Source: an uncultured Thermococci archaeon (GTDB lineage Archaea; Methanobacteriota_B; Thermococci; Thermococcales; Thermococcaceae). From it: a DNA stretch of 24,839 nucleotides. Positions 16,419 through 24,839 of this stretch are shown piece after piece (positions within the stretch are counted from its first letter, which is position 1; every line of letters starts with the position of its first letter). The DNA lies in contig CAZTOS010000030.1 of the NCBI GenBank assembly GCA_964615185.1, positions 1-24,839 of the forward strand, read 5' to 3'. Under the pieces are notes generated by a model. It was given only the letters and a program-made list of their open reading frames with translations, searched no databases and was not told the origin of the DNA. The translations under genes and the position numbers were made by a program.

Positions 16419-18392
16419 ATGATAAACTTTATATTTGGCATTCACAATCATCAGCCCCTCGGAAACTTCGGATGGGTGCTTGAAGACGCTTATAATAAGT
16501 CTTATAGACCTTTTATGGAAGTTCTTGAAGAGTTTCCTTCTATGAAAGTTGCCGCTCATTTTAGCGGTCATTTACTTGAATGGATTGATGAGAATCATCC
16601 AGAATATATCGAGCTCTTAAAAAAGCTTGTGAAAAGAGGACAGCTTGAAATAGTTGTTGCGGGATTTTATGAACCTGTTTTAGCCGCTATTCCTAAGGAG
16701 GATAGAATTGAGCAGATTAAACTGCTTAAGGAATTTGCTAAGAAGTTAGGTTATGATGCGAAGGGAGTATGGCTTACAGAAAGGGTCTGGCAGCCAGAGT
16801 TGGTAAAAACCCTTAAAGAAAGTGGAATTGAGTATGTTATCGTAGATGATTATCACTTTATGAGTGCCGGACTCAGCAAGGAGGAGCTTTATTGGCCTTA
16901 CTATACCGAAGATGGGGGAGAAGTTATAGTTGTATTCCCAATTGACGAAAAGCTTAGGTATCTTATTCCTTTCCGACCTGTTGAGAAGACAATCAAGTAC
17001 TTGGAAAGTTTATCCGATAGTGATCCTTCAAAAGTTGCCGTTTTTCATGATGATGGCGAAAAATTTGGGGTATGGCCTGGAACTTATGAATGGGTTCATA
17101 AAAAAGGTTGGCTTAGGAAATTTTTTGATGCCATTACAAGCAGTGAAAAGATAAATCTCATGCTTTATTCCGAGTATCTTTCAAAGTTCACCCCGAAAGG
17201 TTTGGTTTATCTGCCAATAGCCTCTTACTTTGAAATGAGCGAATGGTCTCTGCCGGCAAAACAGGCAAAACTTTTTGTTGAGTTCGTTGAAAAGCTGAAA
17301 AAGAGAGGGGAATTTGAGAACTACAGAGTATTCGTTAGAGGTGGAATTTGGAAGAATTTCTTCTATAAATATCCTGAAAGCAATTTTATGCATAAGAGAA
17401 TGCTTTATGTGAGCAAACTTGTTAGGAGCATCCCAGAAGCGAGAAAATATATACTCAAAGCCCAGTGCAATGATGCCTACTGGCATGGAGTATTCGGCGG
17501 CGTTTATTTGCCTCATTTGAGACGAGCAGTTTGGGAAAACATCATAAGGGCACAGAGCTTCCTTTTTACTGGAAATAAGGTTTTTGATGTGGATTTTGAT
17601 GGAAAAAATGAAATCATGCTTGAAAATGAAAGCTTCATCGCAACAATCAAGCCTCATTATGGAGGCTCAATTTTTGAGCTGAGCTCAAAGAGAAAAGCTG
17701 TTAACTATAACGATGTTTTAGCAAGGAGATGGGAGCACTATCACGAGATTCCCGAAGCGGCAACTCCAGAAGAAGAGAAGGGGGAAGGGGTTGCAAGCAT
17801 TCATGAGCTTGGTAAGAAAATTCCTGAGGAGATTAAGCGAGAATTGGCTTATGATTGGCAGCTTAGGGCTATTTTGCAAGACCACTTCATACCAACCACA
17901 GAGACTCTTGACGCTTATCGCTTAGTTAAATATCATGAGCTTGGAGACTTTATTAATCAGCCATATGAATTTGGGCTTTATGATAACGGTGTAAAGCTCT
18001 GGCGCAATGGAGGAATTTATGTTGAGAAGAAAGTTCCAGCAAAAGTTGAGAAAGAAATTGAGCTCACAAACGATGGCTTCATTGCAAAATACAAGGTTTC
18101 ACTTGGTGAACCTTACAGAGCTCTCTTTGGAGTTGAAATAAACTTAGCTGTTCACAGCGTCATGGAAACTCCAGAAGAGTTTGAAGCCAATAGAATACTC
18201 GTGAACGACACTTATGGTATTGGAAAAGTTGAGATAAGCTTAGACAGGAAAGTTAAGGTCTGGAAATTCCCAATTAAACCCCTCTCACAGTCAGAGAGTG
18301 GCTGGGACTTCATACAGCAGGGGGTAAGCTATACTCTGCTGTTCCCAATAGAGAAGGAGCTTGAATTTGAGATTAGGTTTAGGGAGCTCTGA
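16419..18392 (+). CDS. jgt: GH57 4-alpha-glucanotransferase / alpha-amylase
   Basis: HNHQP, FYEP, WLTERVW (catalytic Glu), FHDDGEKFG (catalytic Asp), AQCNDAYWHG. Start moved to ATG 16419 after GGAGGTG. Confidence 0.93.
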   Translation: MINFIFGIHNHQPLGNFGWVLEDAYNKSYRPFMEVLEEFPSMKVAAHFSGHLLEWIDENHPEYIELLKKLVKRGQLEIVVAGFYEPVLAAIPKEDRIEQIKLLKEFAKKLGYDAKGVWLTERVWQPELVKTLKESGIEYVIVDDYHFMSAGLSKEELYWPYYTEDGGEVIVVFPIDEKLRYLIPFRPVEKTIKYLESLSDSDPSKVAVFHDDGEKFGVWPGTYEWVHKKGWLRKFFDAITSSEKINLMLYSEYLSKFTPKGLVYLPIASYFEMSEWSLPAKQAKLFVEFVEKLKKRGEFENYRVFVRGGIWKNFFYKYPESNFMHKRMLYVSKLVRSIPEARKYILKAQCNDAYWHGVFGGVYLPHLRRAVWENIIRAQSFLFTGNKVFDVDFDGKNEIMLENESFIATIKPHYGGSIFELSSKRKAVNYNDVLARRWEHYHEIPEAATPEEEKGEGVASIHELGKKIPEEIKRELAYDWQLRAILQDHFIPTTETLDAYRLVKYHELGDFINQPYEFGLYDNGVKLWRNGGIYVEKKVPAKVEKEIELTNDGFIAKYKVSLGEPYRALFGVEINLAVHSVMETPEEFEANRILVNDTYGIGKVEISLDRKVKVWKFPIKPLSQSESGWDFIQQGVSYTLLFPIEKELEFEIRFREL

Positions 18393-18413
18393 TTTTTAAA
18401 ATTTTTAAAATGA

Positions 18414-18467
18414 CCGATGATGGCTGTCTTTCGGGCCCTGACCTTATGACGTGCTGGGTACCTGAGG
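18414..18467 (+). ncRNA. Probable box C/D sRNA (3), antisense to the ttuA 3' end
   Basis: C ATGATGG 18417-23; guide CTGTCTTTCGGGCC; D' CTGA 18438-41; C' CTTATGA 18443-49; guide CGTGCTGGGTAC; D CTGA 18462-65; CC/GG closing pairs; TTTTAAAA upstream. Targets not identified. Confidence 0.68.
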
Positions 18468-19370
18468 CTTTATTTTAAAGTCTATTGGCTTTTCAAGACG
18501 CCAGACTTTGCAGAAGGAGCATTTCTCACCTAAAGCTGGCATTCCACATACTTTGCACTCCTTGAGTTCTACTTCTTCAATTTCCTGCTCAAAGAGATAT
18601 CTCTTCCTTAAGTAGCCTTTCACGAAGTTTATTTTTGTTCCCGGTCTTTTTTCTTCCATTTGGTTCAGAACTTCCTTATAGCTCAAGGTGGTCGCCCCTC
18701 TTGCATGTGGGCATTCTTCAATCATGTAATCTATGCCAACTGCCAAAGCATATGCAACAACTTCCCTCTCTGTAACCTCATAAAGCGGCTTAACTTTCTT
18801 CACAAATTTACCTTCCCCGGGCAATAAAGGCCCTTGCTTGGCTAAATATTGGGTATTCCAGCTCATTATGTTGCCAAAAATGAATGATGCTTCGTCATCT
18901 AAGTTGTGCCCTGTAACGATAACATCAAAGCCATTATCATAAGCGAATTTGTTGAAGATGTATCTTTTTGTTATTCCACAGTAAGAGCATGTGGGGCGGG
19001 AAGTTTTAAGTTCACCAATTCCAGCTCCTAAGAGCTCTCTAACTCTAACTATATGGAGGGGAGCGTTTATCATTTCACATTGCTTTTTGGTATATTCCTC
19101 ACTTTTAGCTGAATACTCCCCAATTCCGAGATTGATATGGAGGCACTCGATATTATAACCGAGTTTTTTGAGCACGTAAGAAACAACAGCTGAATCCTTA
19201 CCTCCGCTTACAACTACCAAAATTCTCTCATCTCTTTTTAGAAGCTTGTATCTCTCAATGGTTCTCTTAACTTTTCTCTCAAAATACTCTATGAAGTGCT
19301 CTCTGCAGAGGTATATTTTTGGGTAGTGGAGCTTGATGTAGGCTTTTTTCTCACAGAATTTGCACCTCAT
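18444..19370 (-). CDS. ttuA: tRNA 2-thiouridine (s2T54) synthase TtuA, TIGR00269 family
   Basis: N-terminal CKFC..C..H zinc finger, PP-loop SGGKDS, CSYC, TGHNLDD, ECP, C-terminal CKVC..CSFC; closely resembles Pyrococcus TtuA as recalled. Confidence 0.9.
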   Translation of the reverse strand: MRCKFCEKKAYIKLHYPKIYLCREHFIEYFERKVKRTIERYKLLKRDERILVVVSGGKDSAVVSYVLKKLGYNIECLHINLGIGEYSAKSEEYTKKQCEMINAPLHIVRVRELLGAGIGELKTSRPTCSYCGITKRYIFNKFAYDNGFDVIVTGHNLDDEASFIFGNIMSWNTQYLAKQGPLLPGEGKFVKKVKPLYEVTEREVVAYALAVGIDYMIEECPHARGATTLSYKEVLNQMEEKRPGTKINFVKGYLRKRYLFEQEIEEVELKECKVCGMPALGEKCSFCKVWRLEKPIDFKIKPQVPSTS

Positions 19371-19549
19371 TATCTCACCTTAGAGGGAAAATGGGATAAA
19401 TGAATTTAAACATTTTGACTTAACCTTTGAAATCTTTTGATATTTCACGCTGATTTTAGCAACACTATTTCAAGCATAGTCATAATATATCCATCGCGAT
19501 AGACAAAAAAATATAAATTTGGAGGAAAATAAGAATGTGGTGGTGAATT

Positions 19550-20281
19550 ATGGAGGTGTATCCGGTTTCTTTTGTTTTCGACAAGTACTTGGGTGGCGGA
19601 GTTATAAAGGATGGGATACTCCTAATTGCTTATGATCAATTTTCCAATGGATGGGAGCTTGGGATGAAGATATTTGACAAGATCCTCCAACAGGGCGTTA
19701 GGGGCATTTTCTTTAATGTTTCAACACCTCTAAGGCGATCCCTGCATAGAATGAAGTTTGCAGAAGTTGATTTAGAAAACTATATGGAAGAAAATCGTTT
19801 GGCAGTTTTGGACCTTTATGCATCTAAGTACAACTTGCCAGAGTTGAGTGAGAACGTTTATGTAATTCGAGCGTATAGTCCGGAGAGTTTTCCTATGAAG
19901 TTTAGGGAGGTAAAGAGAAAGATTGCACAAGACCTAAAGGTAGAGGACATAAAGGCTGAAGGTGGAATTGGTCTGGTTGAAACTTTGGATAGCTTTTACC
20001 ATGAGTTTGGAGAAGGTTATGCAAAATGGTTTGTGAATGGATTATTAACGGCATCAGAGAGGGGAAGGCTACGTGTGCTGGGAATCTTCTTGCTTAATAT
20101 GGACAATGTTCCGAGAGAGTTCTTCAACTACGTTTATCACCTCGCTGATCAAGTTATAATGATAGAGAGTGAATTCATCAAAGTAATGTCAAAGTTTAAG
20201 AGGAGAATCTTCTTTGCAAAATCAATCCTGAAGGGTTTCGAACCTAAAATGGTGCCCTATGAGGAGATTAAGATTGTCTAA
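19550..20281 (+). CDS. RAD55/KaiC/RecA-fold protein with degenerate P-loop
   Basis: FDKYLGGGV, LAVLDLY, LDS, LADQVI pattern of KaiC-like domains; Walker A position reads AYDQFSNGWE; GGTGA RBS. Confidence 0.65.
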   Translation: MEVYPVSFVFDKYLGGGVIKDGILLIAYDQFSNGWELGMKIFDKILQQGVRGIFFNVSTPLRRSLHRMKFAEVDLENYMEENRLAVLDLYASKYNLPELSENVYVIRAYSPESFPMKFREVKRKIAQDLKVEDIKAEGGIGLVETLDSFYHEFGEGYAKWFVNGLLTASERGRLRVLGIFLLNMDNVPREFFNYVYHLADQVIMIESEFIKVMSKFKRRIFFAKSILKGFEPKMVPYEEIKIV

Positions 20282-20286
20282 GAATG

Positions 20287-21744
20287 TCAGTCCTTCATGG
20301 ATTCAATGATCTTTCTCCAATTACCTGATTTCTTGAATTCTTTTTCTGTATACATTCCTTCCTTCTTCAGAATCCCCCTTGCTGCTAAAAGCCCTGTTGC
20401 AGCTGCATTCACTATATCCCTTGAAAGACCCGCCCCATCGCCAGCAGCGAATATGTTTTCTATGCTTGTCTCCAAGTCTTCATTTACTTCAGCTCTCATT
20501 GCATAGTATTTAATTTCTGGAGCATAGAGCAGAGTATGATCACTCGCAACTCCAGGGATTACTTTATCTAACTTTTCGAGACCTTCTATTATATTCGTGA
20601 CAACCCTATGGGGCAGAGCCATGGCTATATCCCCTGGGGTAACGTGCTTCAGGGTTGGTTCAACGTTGCTCTTCCTTATTCTCGCCCATGTACTCCTCCT
20701 TCCTCTCTTTAAGTCACCTAAACGTTGTAAAATTGGCTTTCCCCCACCTATCGTTGTTGCCAGCTGAGCGATACTCTTTCCATAAGCCGTTGTGTCTTCA
20801 ACAGGCTCTGTAAGCTCTATTCTGCTTAAAAAGGCAAAATTTGTATTGTTACTTTTTCTGTCTCTCATTGAATGTCCATTTACACCGACGTAACCGTCAT
20901 ACCTCTCCTCCACGACAAAGCCATATGGATTTGTACAAAATGTTCTAACGAAGTCGTCGTATGTGTCTGTGTAGATGTGAAACTTTGGGTCATGATTTAT
21001 GCTTGTTATAGGCTCCATCACTATGGCGGGAACTTCAACCCTAACTCCCACATCTATTGGACCATGTCTGGCTTTTAGTCCAATTTTTTGGGCTACTTCA
21101 TGGAACCAGTCGGCTCCTCCTCTTCCGGGAGCAACGATTATGTATCTGGCTTTAATTGTGAAGATATTGTTCCCTCTCCTCGCTATGACTTCGCCTTGCC
21201 TAAATTCTTCAACTTTTGTCCAGAGAATGAACTTTACTCCCTTGCTTTCAAGATGTTCTTTGATTGATTTTATCACGTCCTTTGTATGGTCAGAGCCAAT
21301 GTGTCTCTGAATTATTGGGATGAATTTTACACCTGCTTGGGCAGCTCTTCTCTCCCATTCTCGAATTTGCTCTTCATTTCCTTTGTAAAGCCTTCTTGGT
21401 GCTCCATGCTTCAGAAATATCTGGTCAACCTCCCACACAAGCTGCCAAGAATAGTTTTCGTCGTGTGTAAGTTCAGTTAAATCGCCGCCGATGTCTGGTC
21501 TTAGATTTATTGTTCCATCGCTTAAGCCCCCAGCCCCTCCAACGCCGCTCATTATGTGACATGGCTTGCATCCAACACAGTAACCGACTTCATACATCGG
21601 ACAAACTCTCTGGTCAATGTCGCCTCCCTCATCTATCACTGCTATCTTAAAATTGCTCTTCTCTGCAAGCTCATAAGCGGCAAAAAGGCCTGCTGGACCT
21701 GCTCCTATAATGACAACGTCAAATTTTCCTTCAAAAGAAACCAT
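20287..21744 (-). CDS. NAD(P)/FAD-dependent oxidoreductase (uncharacterised dehydrogenase family)
   Basis: IIGAGPAGLFAA, GVGGAGGLSDG, HIGSD, GVRVE, VRTFC, AAGDGAG. Start probably ATG 21744; TATA TTTTATAA at 21777-84. Confidence 0.88.
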   Translation of the reverse strand: MVSFEGKFDVVIIGAGPAGLFAAYELAEKSNFKIAVIDEGGDIDQRVCPMYEVGYCVGCKPCHIMSGVGGAGGLSDGTINLRPDIGGDLTELTHDENYSWQLVWEVDQIFLKHGAPRRLYKGNEEQIREWERRAAQAGVKFIPIIQRHIGSDHTKDVIKSIKEHLESKGVKFILWTKVEEFRQGEVIARRGNNIFTIKARYIIVAPGRGGADWFHEVAQKIGLKARHGPIDVGVRVEVPAIVMEPITSINHDPKFHIYTDTYDDFVRTFCTNPYGFVVEERYDGYVGVNGHSMRDRKSNNTNFAFLSRIELTEPVEDTTAYGKSIAQLATTIGGGKPILQRLGDLKRGRRSTWARIRKSNVEPTLKHVTPGDIAMALPHRVVTNIIEGLEKLDKVIPGVASDHTLLYAPEIKYYAMRAEVNEDLETSIENIFAAGDGAGLSRDIVNAAATGLLAARGILKKEGMYTEKEFKKSGNWRKIIESMKD

Positions 21745-21847
21745 ATATCCCTTACCAAGGTTTGCAGTGTGCATACTTATAAAATTTGTGATTATCATAG
21801 AGAAAGATTTAAACCCAAGTTTGTTTTAATATATTATGGTGGCATGA

Positions 21848-22387
21848 GTGGAACGTGCTGAAAAGCTGAAGAAAAAGAAGATGTGTATTGTTGTGGGAAA
21901 AAGAAAGCACCTCCAAATGCAGAAAAAGAAGGAGTTGAGCTATAATATCCGATATATATGTAAAGTTCCTGTCAGGGTTGTCATGGATAAGGATTTCTTA
22001 AGGGTTCGTCCTGAAGATTCTCTCATAACCCTCATAGAGAATCTTAGGGGGGAAGAGACCTCCGCAGTTGTTGTTGATGAAAAAGACAGGCTTCTTGGAT
22101 TTATTACAATGAAGGACTTACTTCATTTCTTCAGCCCACCTCGGAGGTATTCAATTGCTGGGCTTGGACTTTTAAAGCGATATACTTTAAACAGGGCATC
22201 AAGGGTTGAGGACATAATGGTAACGAAACCTATAACGATTCACATCAATGATAATTTGGGTCGTGCGATAAAGTTGATGATTGAAACTGGAAAACATCAT
22301 CTTCCTGTTGTTGATGATGAAAAGCATGTCTATGGTATCTTAGAGGTGAAAGACATAATAAGGCTCATCAGAATTGTGTCTGTTTAA
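21848..22387 (+). CDS. CBS domain (Bateman module) protein
   Basis: AVVVDE..LLGFITMKDLL and HLPVVDD..GILEVKDII; TTTAAA at 21808-13, GGTGG RBS. Confidence 0.88.
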   Translation: MERAEKLKKKKMCIVVGKRKHLQMQKKKELSYNIRYICKVPVRVVMDKDFLRVRPEDSLITLIENLRGEETSAVVVDEKDRLLGFITMKDLLHFFSPPRRYSIAGLGLLKRYTLNRASRVEDIMVTKPITIHINDNLGRAIKLMIETGKHHLPVVDDEKHVYGILEVKDIIRLIRIVSV

Positions 22388-22399
22388 GGGGCGATAAAA

Positions 22400-23542
22400 T
22401 TGGAGGTATTCCTTGAGCTTGCCCTCATACTAATAGTTGCAAAGGTTTTCGGATATTTAGCGACTAGGATAAGGATGCCTGCAGCATTAGGTCAACTTGT
22501 TGGAGGGATAATTATCGGACCTTCCATTCTGCATTTTGTGAGCTATTCTGAGGATGTGCACTTGATAAGTGAGCTTGGTATTATTTTGCTTCTCTTTCTG
22601 GCAGGTCTTGAAACAAATATTGAGGAATTTAGGCGTGTTGGTGTTCCGGCTTTTCTTGTGGCTGTTGGTGGTGTTGCTGTGCCTTTTTTTCTGGGCTATG
22701 TCTCCGCGCTACTTTTTGGGTATTCAAAAGTTCAAGCTCTCTTTCTTGGTGGGGTTTTAACTGCTACAAGCGTTGGATTAACGGCGAGCATTTTAATGGA
22801 AATGAAGAAGCTTAAGGGGAAGGAAGGGACAACGATACTGGCTGCTGCTGTCGTTGACGATGTTCTTGGCATTGTTATCCTTACAATTTTGGTTGCGCTG
22901 AATACAGAGGGCCATGTCTATATTAAGGACTTGGTCATCCTCCTTGGAGAAGTGGTGTTTTTCTTTACTGTTGGCATTCTCCTTGGCACTCCTGTCATAA
23001 AAGAGACCCTAAAGTTGTCATCAAAGATTGAACTGCCAGAAACTGTTACTGCCTTTGCCCTTTCTATAATGCTGATATTTGCATACATAGCTGAAAAATT
23101 CCAAATAGCTGGTATTACTGGGGCTTATTTAGCGGGTTTAATAATAGCCCAAACAGATGAAGCCAGAAGAATAACAACTAAAATAATGACGATAGCATAT
23201 TCATTATTTGTCCCCGTGTTTTTGGTCAGCATTGGTATAAAAAGTGATGTCAGAGTACTCCTTCATGCAGGAACTTTTGCACTCCTCTACTCCTTTATTG
23301 GTATTTTTGGTAAGATCGTGGGGTGTGGAGCTGGTGCGTTATTAGCTAAGTTCAAGCCCAAGGAAGCCCTCCGTGTTGGTGTTGGCATGATACCGAGGAT
23401 GGAAGTTGCTTTGATTATAGCTAATGTTGCTTTAACTGAGGGGGTGTTTGATCAGGGAATCTTTTCAATCCCAGTAGCTATGGTAATTATAACAACAATA
23501 ATAACACCGCCTTTACTTAAATGGGCATTTACGGGGGAATAG
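22400..23542 (+). CDS. CPA2 cation:proton antiporter (NapA-like)
   Basis: LFLAGLE, TATSV, AAAVVDDV, GKIVGCG, PRMEV. Confidence 0.92.
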   Translation: MEVFLELALILIVAKVFGYLATRIRMPAALGQLVGGIIIGPSILHFVSYSEDVHLISELGIILLLFLAGLETNIEEFRRVGVPAFLVAVGGVAVPFFLGYVSALLFGYSKVQALFLGGVLTATSVGLTASILMEMKKLKGKEGTTILAAAVVDDVLGIVILTILVALNTEGHVYIKDLVILLGEVVFFFTVGILLGTPVIKETLKLSSKIELPETVTAFALSIMLIFAYIAEKFQIAGITGAYLAGLIIAQTDEARRITTKIMTIAYSLFVPVFLVSIGIKSDVRVLLHAGTFALLYSFIGIFGKIVGCGAGALLAKFKPKEALRVGVGMIPRMEVALIIANVALTEGVFDQGIFSIPVAMVIITTIITPPLLKWAFTGE

Positions 23543-23545
23543 CGA

Positions 23546-24673
23546 ATGGAAACCCTGCTGATGATAGCTTTGATGCTTGCCACAGCAAAGCTTTTGGGCT
23601 GGATATTCGAAAAACTCGGTCAGCCTGTTGTTCTTGGCCAGATTCTTGGAGGGTTGATAATTGGAGTTTTTGCCGAAAGTAATGAGATAATTCGTGAATT
23701 TGCAAACCTTGGTGTGCTTCTTCTTCTGTTTCTGGCTGGCATTGAAAGTGACCTCAGCGAATTTAAACGAGTTGGAAAGCCGAGCATACTTGTTGCAGGA
23801 ATTGGAGTGGCTGTTGCATTTTTGTTTGGGTTTCTTGTATCGCTTCCCTTCGTTGAATTTCATGAGGCTCTTCTTTATGGTGCAATAATGACACCCACAA
23901 GTGTCAGCATAACTGTTAGAGTACTGATGGAGCTCAGGAGATTGAGGACGAGAGAAGGAACCACAATTTTAGCTGCGGCTGTGGTTGATGACGTTTTGGG
24001 TATATTGGTGCTGACAATCGTTATTTCTCTGCTGAGGGAGGGGAGTATTCACTACGATGCTGTTATTGAAATCTTAATTGAAGTTGCGGGATTTCTGGCA
24101 ATTTTTCTATATCTTGGCCCAGTTCTTGCGGAAAAGGCATTTAAGAAGATTTCCCGGATAGATCTGCCAGAATCAACAACAACTTTTGCAATAGTATTCT
24201 TGATATTTTTTGCATATCTGGCAGAACATTTGAATCTTGCCTCAATTTTGGGAGCATATATGGTCGGTCTTACACTGGGTCAAACAAGTTACAAAAAGAG
24301 AGTTGAAAGCCCAATTAACATCTTGGGATACTCCCTCTTTATACCTCTCTTCTTTGTTGAAGTCGGGATGAGAATTGAGTTGGGTTACATCTTGCATGCA
24401 GGAGTCTTTGCGGTAATTTATGCCGTGGCAGCGATATTGAGCAAAATAATCGGGTGCGGACTTGGGGCATATCTCAGCGGGTTTGGGTTAAAACCCTCTT
24501 TAAGGATTGGTATAGGCATGATACCAAGACTTGGTGTTGAGCTCGCAATGCTTGCAATGGCAATGGCTAGCGGGATTATTGGTGCCGATGCTCTAACGGT
24601 TGCCATTTTTATGGTGTTTGTGACCACTATAATAACACCACCTTTGTTGAAATGGATTTACAGCAAGGAATAA
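23546..24673 (+). CDS. CPA2 cation:proton antiporter (NapA-like), paralog of the upstream gene
   Basis: LFLAGIE, TPTSV, AAAVVDDV, SKIIGCG, PRLGVE. Confidence 0.92.
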   Translation: METLLMIALMLATAKLLGWIFEKLGQPVVLGQILGGLIIGVFAESNEIIREFANLGVLLLLFLAGIESDLSEFKRVGKPSILVAGIGVAVAFLFGFLVSLPFVEFHEALLYGAIMTPTSVSITVRVLMELRRLRTREGTTILAAAVVDDVLGILVLTIVISLLREGSIHYDAVIEILIEVAGFLAIFLYLGPVLAEKAFKKISRIDLPESTTTFAIVFLIFFAYLAEHLNLASILGAYMVGLTLGQTSYKKRVESPINILGYSLFIPLFFVEVGMRIELGYILHAGVFAVIYAVAAILSKIIGCGLGAYLSGFGLKPSLRIGIGMIPRLGVELAMLAMAMASGIIGADALTVAIFMVFVTTIITPPLLKWIYSKE

Positions 24674-24784
24674 AGTTTAGGAAGTCCTACCAAAATTGGA
24701 ATTCTTCTCAAATTAGAGGGCGTTTGGGTATTATAAGACTTAAGCAGTTAGCCTTTTTGGTCAAGCTTTTGCAAGAAAAGTTTG

Positions 24785-24839
24785 TGGTGCGGTGGCCGGG
24801 ATTTGAACCCGGGTCGCCGGCTTGGGAGGCCGGCGTCCT
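24785..24839 (-). tRNA. tRNA-Gly(CCC), 5' end beyond the window
   Basis: Minus strand: anticodon arm CCGGC-CTCCCAA-GCCGG, T arm CCGGG-TTCAAAT-CCCGG, acceptor CCACCGC-A-CCA with encoded CCA. Confidence 0.95.

Noticed and set aside
21836..21847. ATG GTG GCA TGA in frame with the CBS gene (uORF or TGA recoding)
   Set aside because: The GGTGG inside it is the RBS for GTG 21848; selenocysteine recoding is not known in Thermococcales.
308..24627. Short ORFs in the track lying antisense or off-frame within long genes (e.g. 308-625, 13121-13513, 14255-14764, 17181-17657, 23513-23863)
   Set aside because: Shadows of well-supported genes, with no recognisable motifs.
24674..24839. tRNA-Gly as the attachment site of an integrated element
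   Set aside because: No integrase and no duplicated tRNA 3' end seen in the window; adjacent genes look like core genome.
1..24839. CRISPR array, cas, transposase or defence genes
   Set aside because: No regularly spaced direct repeats and no such ORFs found.

Overview
Archaeal chromosome window, almost certainly Thermococcales (GGTGA/GGAGG ribosome-binding sites, BRE/TATA promoters, TGM operator, GH57 glucanotransferase, TtuA, MfnA-like decarboxylase). Bases 1-11744 are a surface/N-glycan biosynthesis cluster. On the minus strand lie a WbpD-like acetyltransferase (partial), a GT2, galU/aglF, ugd/aglM and a flippase. Between them sits an oppositely oriented, mostly AT-rich, translationally coupled 7-gene cassette: GT4, polysaccharide deacetylase, FemAB-like GNAT, GT4, WbpA-like dehydrogenase, PAPS-type sulfotransferase and SAM methyltransferase. 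The 0.6 kb gap after the flippase is dense and not explained by the ORF track: two tandem C/D box sRNAs with rRNA-complementary guides, a perfect 18-bp palindrome, and a cation diffusion facilitator pseudogene whose middle is replaced by a 63-bp remnant resembling an IS200/IS605 (tnpB) right end. The remainder is core genome: mfnA, three CPA2 antiporters (two in tandem behind a CBS gene), DUF131, HAD, SEC59-like kinase, TGM-regulated 4-alpha-glucanotransferase, a third probable C/D sRNA antisense to the ttuA 3' end, ttuA, a degenerate RAD55/KaiC-like protein, an FAD oxidoreductase and a partial tRNA-Gly(CCC). All calls are from motif reading and recall; no searches were run.
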